This document shows, piece by piece, positions 47,311-56,298 of a DNA stretch of 64,000 nucleotides. Within the stretch, counting starts at the first letter, position 1. Each line of letters opens with the position of its first letter. Source of the stretch: a virus; the IMG/VR virus record IMGVR_UViG_3300036770_008442, positions 1 to 64,000 of that record; one strand, written 5' to 3'. Both the position numbers and the translations under genes were made by a program. Under the pieces are notes generated by a model. It had not been told where the DNA came from. It saw nothing but the letters and a program-made list of their open reading frames with translations, and did not search any database.

Positions 47311-49041
47311 TTATCTATTGTTCGATATAAGTCTTGATTTCGTTTCAGAATTTAATTCATTCAAGAAATTTCTGGGATTAATAGACACAATGGAAATATT
47401 CAGAGCTGAAGGCTTACCTGAAACTATTCCTTCCTCGTAATAAATACCATTTCGATCTGCCCAGCCTCCCCTCATCAGGATAAGTTCTCCGTTTTTAATA
47501 ATGACATCACCAAAATCATCCAATCCAATCTGTTTGTTCTTCTGTTCATTACTAGCATTCTCCAATCCATCAATTATAGTGTGATAATTTTCATTCTCTT
47601 GTCCTATGAAATAAAAAGAAACAGAGTCAACACCTTCTATGGATTCTATAATAGCTATGATGTCTGATTTTGGTATACGATCCCTTCTTTTATTATTGAG
47701 CATATATTCAGAAATAGAAGATCTGACCTTATCTTTGACTAATTCTGGATCGTATCCTTCGAAAATAGACATAACCACATTTCCTACAAATCTTCTAATT
47801 TCGGGCTCAATGATCTTCACTACTGTTGTCGCTATCATTCTGCCTGAATCCTCTATCAGATTTAGAATCGAAAGTTTTTGAGAAGAGGTTAAAAGAAAAT
47901 TAGATTCAGGGATATCAAAATAATCCTGATTGCTGGTCATACTTATGGTCACATCAGGAACTAGAAAAATGTAAACAACGTTATCATCATCTAGGTATTC
48001 ATCATCAAAAGTTGAAAAGGCCTGAATCTGAGAAAAGATATTAAATTTCTGCAGAAATATTTCATAGTTTTCCGCATTAGCGAAAACAAAGGATCTACTT
48101 GTTTTGGGTGCTACTAGTCTTGTGATTTCTATTGGCTCTGGATCAGATCCAAAGGAGGGATCAAGAACTCCCAAAACTTTTAAATAATTGTCCAGATTAA
48201 CAGTGTTTCCAAATAAATCTTCCCCGGGATCTAAGAATTTGTAGGTTAGGGTTTGATCTGGTCTACTTTGAATATTTCCACTAAATCCAGAGGTCTGTAG
48301 ATATTCTATTCTAATACTAGATCCCGCCTGGGGAATTTTTCCGAAATTAGAATTTCCGAAGTAAATATCTATTCCCTCCTGAATCCCGGATCTAACTAGA
48401 TATCCCTCTCTGTTTAAAGGAATATCATATAATGATTCGTATTTTTTCCATTTGTTTCCATTCACATAAACATCAACATAGAACTGATCTATTAAAGCAC
48501 CGGATTTAGAAGGAAGATTATAGCTTTGCAGTGCCCTACCAGTTCCAGTAAAAGTAGCAGACCCAAATGCACCCTGAACTATCTTGAAATTGAAAGAGGA
48601 TGATCTATTGAGCGGGACCTTAACAGAAGGGGATCCCAATAAAAGAGTATATGGCAGACCGTTTTGAAGGCATTGAATTCGAGGAGTTCCTCTTAAAACA
48701 ACAGCTCCACCTCCAACATCAGACTCCTTTAGATTCCATGCTATGGATACTTCCCCCTGTGCAGACATACCCCGAACTGGATCATATCCAGATATCCTAG
48801 CTAAACTTTTGATAGAATAGCTTCTTGTCGCCTCCTGCATATTCAGTTCTGTGATAGAATCCTCAATAAAATAAAGTATAAGCTGGGAAAGATTTTCAAG
48901 AACAAATAGGATTTGTCCCCAAGCAGAAGCAACAGTAAAAACGTTACGGGACTGACTATAAGTACGCTGTAAAAACTGGTAGGAATCATTTAAGAGACCT
49001 CCTATGAGAATATTGTTCTTTTTAAAAATATTTTCCGCCAT
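47311..49041 (-). CDS. Baseplate wedge subunit, gp6/baseplate-J-like
   Basis: SLARISGYDP, IYFGNSNFGKIPQAGSSIRIEYL..SG..GN, GSDPEPIE..R..AP, IESIEGVDSV. Confidence 0.85.
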   Translation of the reverse strand: MAENIFKKNNILIGGLLNDSYQFLQRTYSQSRNVFTVASAWGQILFVLENLSQLILYFIEDSITELNMQEATRSYSIKSLARISGYDPVRGMSAQGEVSIAWNLKESDVGGGAVVLRGTPRIQCLQNGLPYTLLLGSPSVKVPLNRSSSFNFKIVQGAFGSATFTGTGRALQSYNLPSKSGALIDQFYVDVYVNGNKWKKYESLYDIPLNREGYLVRSGIQEGIDIYFGNSNFGKIPQAGSSIRIEYLQTSGFSGNIQSRPDQTLTYKFLDPGEDLFGNTVNLDNYLKVLGVLDPSFGSDPEPIEITRLVAPKTSRSFVFANAENYEIFLQKFNIFSQIQAFSTFDDEYLDDDNVVYIFLVPDVTISMTSNQDYFDIPESNFLLTSSQKLSILNLIEDSGRMIATTVVKIIEPEIRRFVGNVVMSIFEGYDPELVKDKVRSSISEYMLNNKRRDRIPKSDIIAIIESIEGVDSVSFYFIGQENENYHTIIDGLENASNEQKNKQIGLDDFGDVIIKNGELILMRGGWADRNGIYYEEGIVSGKPSALNISIVSINPRNFLNELNSETKSRLISNNR

Positions 49042-49046
49042 TTCTT

Positions 49047-49418
49047 TTAACTTAGTTTCAAAACAATTGCTGGGGATTCATTGCTATAATCCGGTAAATA
49101 GAAATCCAAAAAAGCTATATCTCTATTTACCCCCTGATAAAATTTGAGATCAAAATATCCTCCCAATTGTGAAAAAAGGGGAACATAAATTCTTAGATGG
49201 TCATTGATTCTTTCTTTTAGGCTTTCTTCTGAAAGATCCATAGAAAACACTAATTCGTCAAGATTTAAACCAAATTTAGGATCACCCAATACTTCCCCTT
49301 TATTGGTTAAAAGAATCATTTTAATTTGGCCAATACAAACGTCAGTAGGTTTTGTGACCTCTACAATATCCTGTTTGTAATTAAAATCTTCTGGGTCCTT
49401 ATTGTAAATCTCAACCAT
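49047..49418 (-). CDS. Baseplate wedge/sheath-initiator, gp25-like
   Basis: IKMILLTNKGEVLGDPKFGLNL signature; likely start MVEIYN at 49418. Confidence 0.8.
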   Translation of the reverse strand: MVEIYNKDPEDFNYKQDIVEVTKPTDVCIGQIKMILLTNKGEVLGDPKFGLNLDELVFSMDLSEESLKERINDHLRIYVPLFSQLGGYFDLKFYQGVNRDIAFLDFYLPDYSNESPAIVLKLS

Positions 49419-49439
49419 TGGGAATCTAAAATTTCCCAA

Positions 49440-49447
49440 TATATATC
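49440..49447 (-). promoter_or_regulatory. GATATATA putative late-promoter element
   Basis: Exact motif 22 nt upstream of ATG 49418. Confidence 0.55.
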
Positions 49448-49451
49448 GAGA

Positions 49452-50228
49452 TCAATTCCACTGCAAGAAATACGACGGAGTGTTTTCTCCGTTGATCATA
49501 TCCATCACTTCTTGCAGCTCCTTTTCTCCGTCAGATCGGAGTTCAGATGTGTTAACACTGATTCCCCCAGGTAAATTATAATTGAAAGCACTAAGAACTC
49601 TGGAAAGGCTGATCTTGGATTTAGCCAAGCAATATCTGATAAAAAGTTCGTCATCATAAAGGTCATCATCATCAATGGCAACAAAACAACGAACTGCAAC
49701 ATCCATTCCATTCTGATCATACCCCGTTCCGACTCCTGTCGATCCAGATCTATTTGGATCTCTTCCCAAAATTGTTAGTTTCTTGGTGTTCTTATTCCAC
49801 TTAAAAGCGTAAGTAGGGAGAAGATAGGCTTGAGCTAAATCAAAATAAGAGTACATGACCGTCCGGTAAACAAGATTATCTCCAGTAAAAGGGGATAGGA
49901 GAAGTTCAGATCCTAGAAGTTTAGAATCACCGAAATCCCTATCTGGGTTTCCTGAGATCCCCATCCCATTCACCTCCCTAACGTCATAGACACTCACAAT
50001 TCTTTCAGGGAGATTAATCTGTCGGGTTTTTCTAAAACTTGGATTCGAAAAAAGATTATTGGCCAAAATAAAAACCCTATCTTCCACTGCATATTGATAA
50101 TTATCATACATGTATTGCTTTGCCCTTTTGACAATACGATGAATCTCATCATCATTTAAGTTATAAGGCAAAGAACAACTAGCTGAAATGTCGTCTTTGA
50201 TCTCTTGTACCAATTCTTCTAAAGTCAT
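49452..50228 (-). CDS. Neck/head-completion protein, gp13-like
   Basis: RYCLAKSK...FNYNLPGGISVNTSELRSDGEKEL signature; likely start MTLEELV at 50228. Confidence 0.75.
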   Translation of the reverse strand: MTLEELVQEIKDDISASCSLPYNLNDDEIHRIVKRAKQYMYDNYQYAVEDRVFILANNLFSNPSFRKTRQINLPERIVSVYDVREVNGMGISGNPDRDFGDSKLLGSELLLSPFTGDNLVYRTVMYSYFDLAQAYLLPTYAFKWNKNTKKLTILGRDPNRSGSTGVGTGYDQNGMDVAVRCFVAIDDDDLYDDELFIRYCLAKSKISLSRVLSAFNYNLPGGISVNTSELRSDGEKELQEVMDMINGENTPSYFLQWN

Positions 50229-50229
50229 C

Positions 50230-51627
50230 TTAGTAATTTTGATTTTTAAATTTAATTCTAGAAATGGGATTGTTAAGATCCTTGAGTCTAGAATCAGAAA
50301 TGAACCGGTCTTGCCTAATTTCATTGAAGTCCTTAATCTCCTCGGTTTCCTTGCTAACTTCAGCACTACTCCCGATATCTGCTTTTCTAATTACCCCTCC
50401 ATCAACCCGACAATTAATCATTTTTCGGGGAGAATCAATATAGCAAGATTCCAACAAATTCCCATAATCTGCGTTGGTATTATGGATCTTACTGTGAAAT
50501 ACTTTATTAGAATTTATGATCTGTGATTCCTGAATTTCAGAATCTCTAACCTCACAGCCATATAAATTGCAATTAATAAGCTTAGAATTTTTTATTTTAC
50601 AATTAATAAGATCCAGATCTGTCAGAAATGAAGCACCCTTACACTTGGCATCTTTGAGCTGGAATCTTCCATTGCTCGTGTCATAATTAAAAAAAGCATG
50701 CTTGACGTTGCCCTCGACTATGATATCAAAAACCTTTTCCCTAATAAAAGGAAAATAGGTCTTAATATTTTCATCAAATCCTTTTAAATCAACCAGAAGA
50801 TGAAAATCAGGAAAATTGGTAAAAAATGATTCGACGTCAGAAAAACTCCGGACTACCTTGGTGTAATCCCTCATCATTTCCTGGAGCTTTTCAAGATCTG
50901 CTTTACTATATGGCCTTCTATTGGAGAGAAGATCGTACAGATAAAGGACTACATAATCAACAACCTCCCTGATAGCAGAGATCTTTTTCTCATAGTCCCT
51001 TCCCCCTAGATATCTTATTTCAATATAACCCTTTGGAATTTTAGAAAAATTAGCACCGTAATACTTCTCCTCTGGAACTTTAAATAATCTAGGATCTATG
51101 GATGAAATGTTTTCTAGGATAGAAAATCTATTTCTTGGGACTATTTTTTTTACAGATTTAGCGTAAACGTTATTAGTTCTATTGCCAAATTTAGAATAAA
51201 TAAGTCCTTCATCGATCCCTAGAATGAATTGGAGTTTATCCAATTCTTCCATCCTTTTAAGTTCCCTATTTGATCTATCAAAACTGATGGAAAATTGAAA
51301 AGCACACTTATCATCGGTCCATCCATTTTCATCTATCCACCTTAAGGTTTTAATCAAAATAGGCATAGCCTCCTGATAAGAAAGAGGACCTGTAATAAAT
51401 TCGTTCATTTTAGAACCACCCGAATAATCTGGCTCGAGTTTAAAAGACTCAGAAGTAACCGGTATTTTAGAGTGATATTTGCTACTCAGAACTACCTTTT
51501 TACCTAGAATCTTTTCAAGCCCTTCCGTTATTCTGCCTCTAGTTAGGTCCGAATAAAATTCAAACTCAAATCCGATTTTAGAATCAGAAAGAGCACCAGA
51601 TTTATCGAAATGGGAACGTTCAGCCAT
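50230..51627 (-). CDS. Putative amidoligase (COOH-NH2 ligase) family protein with C-terminal beta-helix-like repeats
   Basis: IGFEFEF, LEPDYSGG, EFITGPL, KYYGANF, YIEIRYLGG; tail of IxNSx repeats. Confidence 0.65.
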   Translation of the reverse strand: MAERSHFDKSGALSDSKIGFEFEFYSDLTRGRITEGLEKILGKKVVLSSKYHSKIPVTSESFKLEPDYSGGSKMNEFITGPLSYQEAMPILIKTLRWIDENGWTDDKCAFQFSISFDRSNRELKRMEELDKLQFILGIDEGLIYSKFGNRTNNVYAKSVKKIVPRNRFSILENISSIDPRLFKVPEEKYYGANFSKIPKGYIEIRYLGGRDYEKKISAIREVVDYVVLYLYDLLSNRRPYSKADLEKLQEMMRDYTKVVRSFSDVESFFTNFPDFHLLVDLKGFDENIKTYFPFIREKVFDIIVEGNVKHAFFNYDTSNGRFQLKDAKCKGASFLTDLDLINCKIKNSKLINCNLYGCEVRDSEIQESQIINSNKVFHSKIHNTNADYGNLLESCYIDSPRKMINCRVDGGVIRKADIGSSAEVSKETEEIKDFNEIRQDRFISDSRLKDLNNPISRIKFKNQNY

Positions 51628-51630
51628 TTA

Positions 51631-52785
51631 TTATTCTTTAGGTTTTGCAAATAATTTACCCATTACTGGATCCACCTCATAGATTTCAACTTCAATCTTA
51701 TCGCCAGTTTTAAGCGATTTATGCTCTCTTGTCATTCTTGCCTGCGGAATAACAGCCATAATTCCCATCCCGTTTAGCTCAATCAAAGCTCCATTTTTCC
51801 TTCTGTGCTTCAGAGTTGCCATAGAAGATATTGGACCGCTTTCTTCTATCTCTCTCTTCATATCATACAGTTTTACTGTTTTTTCTATCGGCTCCCCGAA
51901 AGTGAGAGTTAATTTATTATCGTCCTTTACCTCTTTGATGTAGAATTCAATTTCATCTCCGGGTCTAAATCCCTTCACAACCTCATTTTCAAATTCGGTC
52001 TTATGGATTAATCCTGTGTAAACATCCTCCCATTCAACAAAAACACCAAATTCTGATGTGCCAGTTACATATCCTTTGTATTTTTTAGTTAAATCCAATT
52101 CCTGGATTTTGTCATCCATAATCTTTTGGAGATATTTCTTATACGAGACCACGAAGATATCTTTCTGCGGTACATATCCATCTATCATAACATAAATACT
52201 TTTTCCCACATAAGATTCAAAATCGCTGATTTTATTGGCAGCAGCTAGAGATCCGGGCAAAAAGCATTCTAGACCTTGGACTTCTACCATATATCCGCCC
52301 TTGTTGACAGATTTTACAGTTGCTTTGTAGGCTAGGGTTTCTTTTTCTATTTGTTCAAAAAACTCAGTTCTAGTGTTGTTAATAAATCCATCTACAACAG
52401 ATCCATAATAGGTGCTCATAACTTTTCTGACAGTGGCGTGGATTTCATTACCAACCGAAAAATCTATTCCAGTAATACTTAATCTTTTGGCGTCTTTAAA
52501 CTCTTTTACGAGATCTATGTAAACCGATTGTCCACCGTTTGTTTCTGCAATAGCATATTCATCATTGCTAAAAACAACTCTACATTCGTAAGAATGCCCA
52601 CTAGTTAAATCTTTGGAAATATCACTATCTCCGATTTCATTAATATATTTATTATAAGTATCCTGAGCGTAAGGCTCATGACAATAGACTTTGGACCCGT
52701 CCCGGGTTTTTACTTTACGATTAACAACATAACCATTGAGTAGATTCCAATCGAAGTCTTCGATTGGGCTTGAAAAATTAGACAT
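51631..52785 (-). CDS. Ribosomal protein S1-like protein (tandem S1/OB domains)
   Basis: VKSVNKGGYMVEVQGLECFLPGSL; GYVTGTSEFGVFVEW..YTGLIHKTE; LKTGDKIEVEIYEVD. Confidence 0.85.
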   Translation of the reverse strand: MSNFSSPIEDFDWNLLNGYVVNRKVKTRDGSKVYCHEPYAQDTYNKYINEIGDSDISKDLTSGHSYECRVVFSNDEYAIAETNGGQSVYIDLVKEFKDAKRLSITGIDFSVGNEIHATVRKVMSTYYGSVVDGFINNTRTEFFEQIEKETLAYKATVKSVNKGGYMVEVQGLECFLPGSLAAANKISDFESYVGKSIYVMIDGYVPQKDIFVVSYKKYLQKIMDDKIQELDLTKKYKGYVTGTSEFGVFVEWEDVYTGLIHKTEFENEVVKGFRPGDEIEFYIKEVKDDNKLTLTFGEPIEKTVKLYDMKREIEESGPISSMATLKHRRKNGALIELNGMGIMAVIPQARMTREHKSLKTGDKIEVEIYEVDPVMGKLFAKPKE

Positions 52786-52811
52786 TTATTTAAGTTTTAA
52801 AGTTAGCTTAT

Positions 52812-52819
52812 TATATATC
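52812..52819 (-). promoter_or_regulatory. GATATATA putative late-promoter element
   Basis: Exact motif 27 nt upstream of the S1-like ATG. Confidence 0.55.
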
Positions 52820-52846
52820 AAAACTTAGAAATAATCCGGGAAAAAA

Positions 52847-55624
52847 TTATTTCTTTAGAGAGGGTAAAAGATAAGTTCTTATGAACCAAAGCTCTCTATT
52901 AATTAATATTCTTAGGTCTCTAGCCTGAACTTTCTCAGGGAATCCCTGGGTAGTCACTCTATATTTAGAGAGTGCTTGTCTTAGTCTTCCTGAATAAAGG
53001 TCCGAAGATATACCCTCCCGATTTTTTCCCCTTACAACAAAATCAATTTCGTTTGTATCCAGTTCATCAGAAGAAAAGTAGTCTAAATTCCTATATTTAT
53101 AGAGAACAGAAAGTAAAATTTTAGTGCTTATCCCCAATTCATTAACAGAATAAGATCCATAATAAAAAGAATTTTTATTGGGCATGGAAGTGCTAAATTT
53201 ATAGGAATTATCCCCCTCTTCTCTGTTATACAAGAAATTTTTACCCAGATCAGCTCCGCCTAAATTTTCAGAGGATAATTTTTCTTTGAACACTGATCTG
53301 TCCAATCCTAGTTCTTGAAGCTGCGAATCTAAATCATAGAATAAAGTCTCTATCGGAGATTCATCATCATTGAGTATCGAGTTAAAAGCTTCTCTAATCC
53401 CCTCATTAAACTCGGGTGTTGCAAAATCCTTTACAGTGGACTCATAAGCCCATGATCTTGAAGCAAGATCTAAAATTTCATCCAGAGAATCAACAGATAC
53501 ATCAGGAGATTCACCAATGTCTTCGCCCTTCTTGATTTTATCTACTCTTTGATTTAAATCCAATTTGTTTAGTCCAAATAGACTTCTAATGATAGCGGGA
53601 AAAATAGAAGGAATCTGAATAGCCAAAGCGCCGAAAATAGCTAATATCCCTTTTATAGATTCCCATATTATAATAAGTTTGAGGGGTAAATATTTTTCTA
53701 AAATAAATAATGGTGTCTTGTTTTGGTTATTCACAGTCAATTGAGAAGAGAATCTAGCAATATTGATTCCACGAACGGCTCTCTCTTCATTAGAGATCTG
53801 ATCTTCCCCGGTTTCCGTAATTTGTTTTAAAACACCATATTCAATAAAATCTTGGTCTATTCTTTTGTAGGTAATTCTAAATTTTTGGAATCTTTCTCCA
53901 ACGAAAAGAGTAATTATTTCTCCGACCGTAACGTTAACCAACGGTGCCAAAGCATTCGATACATTCCCTGTCTTATAAGATACCCGGATTCGAGTAATTG
54001 AATCAATATTACTCGAATCTGCTGTTAATTGTCCAGCTTCTGGAATTTCTAGACTTCCAATAAAATCGTATGGAAAAGAAAGAGGAATTTTATCAATCTG
54101 ATCTCCCTGCCCTGCTTGATTCAATTCAGTCCGAATAGAATCTAAAAAATCTTTGCTAGGTGTGAATTTTTTTAGATCCCTAGAAAACTTACCACAAACC
54201 ATATCACTGATTAATGGTCTCAATCCTCTACCTGGATCAATCGGATCCTGTTTTGCCTCTGAGTATGGCATAATCGGAGTGATAAATTGAGCAATATAAG
54301 GTTCTATGAATTCAAGAATTGCTTCTGAAATCAGATCACAAAAAAGTTTAATGGGATTCGTTATTCCTAGAATTACAATTCGGATAAGACCAATAGGATT
54401 GGTTATTTTTTTTGCAAGTCCAGCCAAGGAAGAAAGAAAAACATGAACGGGAAGCAATAAGAGTTTTAAAATATTAAGGATGATCTTGATCAAAAAAAAT
54501 GGATTTTCTGCTCCGATCTGAATTAGTCTGGCGAAAGAAACCAAATCTTCTTTTCTTTGTTCTCTCTTCCCCTGCTGGCTGTCTGGATTTTCTTGGGTCT
54601 CTTTAAAATCTATTTTAGGAAATTTGCCTTCTAGAATTCCAGAAAGAATTTCGCTGAAGTCCAATCCAGATTGTGCTCCCAATTCTTGCAGATATTTGGC
54701 AGTTGGGGAGTCAGGAGAAACTTTAGAAAAATCCCCAATAACCAAATTAATTCTAGACAGAAGGGGAAAATTAAGTCCAAGCACAGAGAAAGGTATAATC
54801 AAGGACCCATCTTTGATGAAATTCCGGAGTATCAATCTTCTAGAAGTCCGAATTTCAACATTGGAAAAATTTGGGATTGTAACAGATCCAGATGAATTGG
54901 ATTCTTCAAAACTTAAAGAAAGAAGAGTCAGTCCAAATTCATAATAATCGGGGGTTCCCTTTATTTTTCTTATTGAAGTGACTCTAAAAGATCCATAATT
55001 AGGACCATCTGTTATATCCAGATTATCACCTATTTTTAGCAGGGATAAAGAAAAATTAGGGTCAGAATTTTCTGTTACTGTACTGACCCTTATCGTCCTA
55101 ATCGTTGCTAGAGAAGAAGAATTTGTAGTGATCTGACCTTTCTCGGGTGAAGACGAGGAGAGAAAAATCGTCTCGTAATTATATCTTTCCAGAGTGGAAT
55201 CAATGGGATCCGGTCCTGAATTATCAATGAGACTTTTAAGTCTATCCACATCCCCAGAGGATTCACCAATTCTCAATTCTAAAGGAAACGGGAATTCTTT
55301 TAATGTTGAGTTAAACCCCTCATCCAATAAGAACTGTAAAGGACTACTGAATATGGTTTTTATCGAATTAAAAGCCGTTCGAATTTCATCTAGTCCTTCC
55401 CCACCAAGAGCCTTTTTACCAATAAAAATAGGAGCAAATAAGGAGGATAAAGATTTTTCTAGTATTTTAATTTGCAACTTTACCAAAAGTCCCAGCCCGA
55501 AAAGATTTTGGTTTGGAATTTTGAATTTCGAATCACTAACAATCTCCCCAGAGGTAGAGTTTGTTCGATCTATAAATGCTCCAATTTCTTCATCTTCTAG
55601 TATTTTATCAGGTAACAATCCCAT
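52847..55624 (-). CDS. Large hypothetical protein with hydrophobic helices and an internal duplication
   Basis: 925 aa; directly downstream of the gp5-like gene. Confidence 0.6.
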   Translation of the reverse strand: MGLLPDKILEDEEIGAFIDRTNSTSGEIVSDSKFKIPNQNLFGLGLLVKLQIKILEKSLSSLFAPIFIGKKALGGEGLDEIRTAFNSIKTIFSSPLQFLLDEGFNSTLKEFPFPLELRIGESSGDVDRLKSLIDNSGPDPIDSTLERYNYETIFLSSSSPEKGQITTNSSSLATIRTIRVSTVTENSDPNFSLSLLKIGDNLDITDGPNYGSFRVTSIRKIKGTPDYYEFGLTLLSLSFEESNSSGSVTIPNFSNVEIRTSRRLILRNFIKDGSLIIPFSVLGLNFPLLSRINLVIGDFSKVSPDSPTAKYLQELGAQSGLDFSEILSGILEGKFPKIDFKETQENPDSQQGKREQRKEDLVSFARLIQIGAENPFFLIKIILNILKLLLLPVHVFLSSLAGLAKKITNPIGLIRIVILGITNPIKLFCDLISEAILEFIEPYIAQFITPIMPYSEAKQDPIDPGRGLRPLISDMVCGKFSRDLKKFTPSKDFLDSIRTELNQAGQGDQIDKIPLSFPYDFIGSLEIPEAGQLTADSSNIDSITRIRVSYKTGNVSNALAPLVNVTVGEIITLFVGERFQKFRITYKRIDQDFIEYGVLKQITETGEDQISNEERAVRGINIARFSSQLTVNNQNKTPLFILEKYLPLKLIIIWESIKGILAIFGALAIQIPSIFPAIIRSLFGLNKLDLNQRVDKIKKGEDIGESPDVSVDSLDEILDLASRSWAYESTVKDFATPEFNEGIREAFNSILNDDESPIETLFYDLDSQLQELGLDRSVFKEKLSSENLGGADLGKNFLYNREEGDNSYKFSTSMPNKNSFYYGSYSVNELGISTKILLSVLYKYRNLDYFSSDELDTNEIDFVVRGKNREGISSDLYSGRLRQALSKYRVTTQGFPEKVQARDLRILINRELWFIRTYLLPSLKK

Positions 55625-55627
55625 GAT

Positions 55628-56296
55628 TTATCTTGTTTTTGAAACATTAGACAGATGGGATGGATCTGATGGAATTACAGGGGGAGATGTGGGTGCTCCC
55701 AAATTTCCTATATGAGTATGAGAATTAAAATAAGTTTGGAAAGTATTTCCTTTGATAACAGATTCAATAGCAGCTTCCCCCAGTTCTATATTATTAGAAT
55801 TAATTATGACCTTATTATTCTCCATTCGAATTTGGTCATTTCCCATTTGAACCACTATTCTTAGAGCTCCACCATCTTGGGTATCCAGCTGTATTTTAGC
55901 ATCACCTAGAATTAGATTCAGACCCTTTTTTTTAGTGTAAAAAATTTGAAGAGAACCTGGCTCTGCCGTATTATCATAGATCAAAGAATGAGCACCTTCA
56001 TAAGAATCAGCAATCTCTTCTTTTAAATCAGGGGATGTCTCAAAATCTGAATAGTAGTATGAGTTATAATAATTCTGTCCATTAAATTCTAATCCTACTA
56101 TAGATCCGAGCTTGGGGATAGAGATATTACCACCCCCCAGTCTACCAAAAGAAGGGGGTTTAACCTGGGTAGACCAAGGAATGTCTTCATTCTCGATACC
56201 ATCAAAAAGACCAAAGACTCTAACCCTTGCCCTACCCTCTTTCTTGGGATCGTTTATATCAACAACCTCTCCGAGATAAATTTTTGGTGATGCCAT
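55628..56296 (-). CDS. Baseplate hub/spike protein, gp5 OB-fold type
   Basis: GEVVDINDPKKEGRARVRVFG, DIPW, IPKLGSIV; C-terminal HTHIGNLGAPTSPP spike tip motif. Confidence 0.88.
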   Translation of the reverse strand: MASPKIYLGEVVDINDPKKEGRARVRVFGLFDGIENEDIPWSTQVKPPSFGRLGGGNISIPKLGSIVGLEFNGQNYYNSYYYSDFETSPDLKEEIADSYEGAHSLIYDNTAEPGSLQIFYTKKKGLNLILGDAKIQLDTQDGGALRIVVQMGNDQIRMENNKVIINSNNIELGEAAIESVIKGNTFQTYFNSHTHIGNLGAPTSPPVIPSDPSHLSNVSKTR

Positions 56297-56298
56297 AG

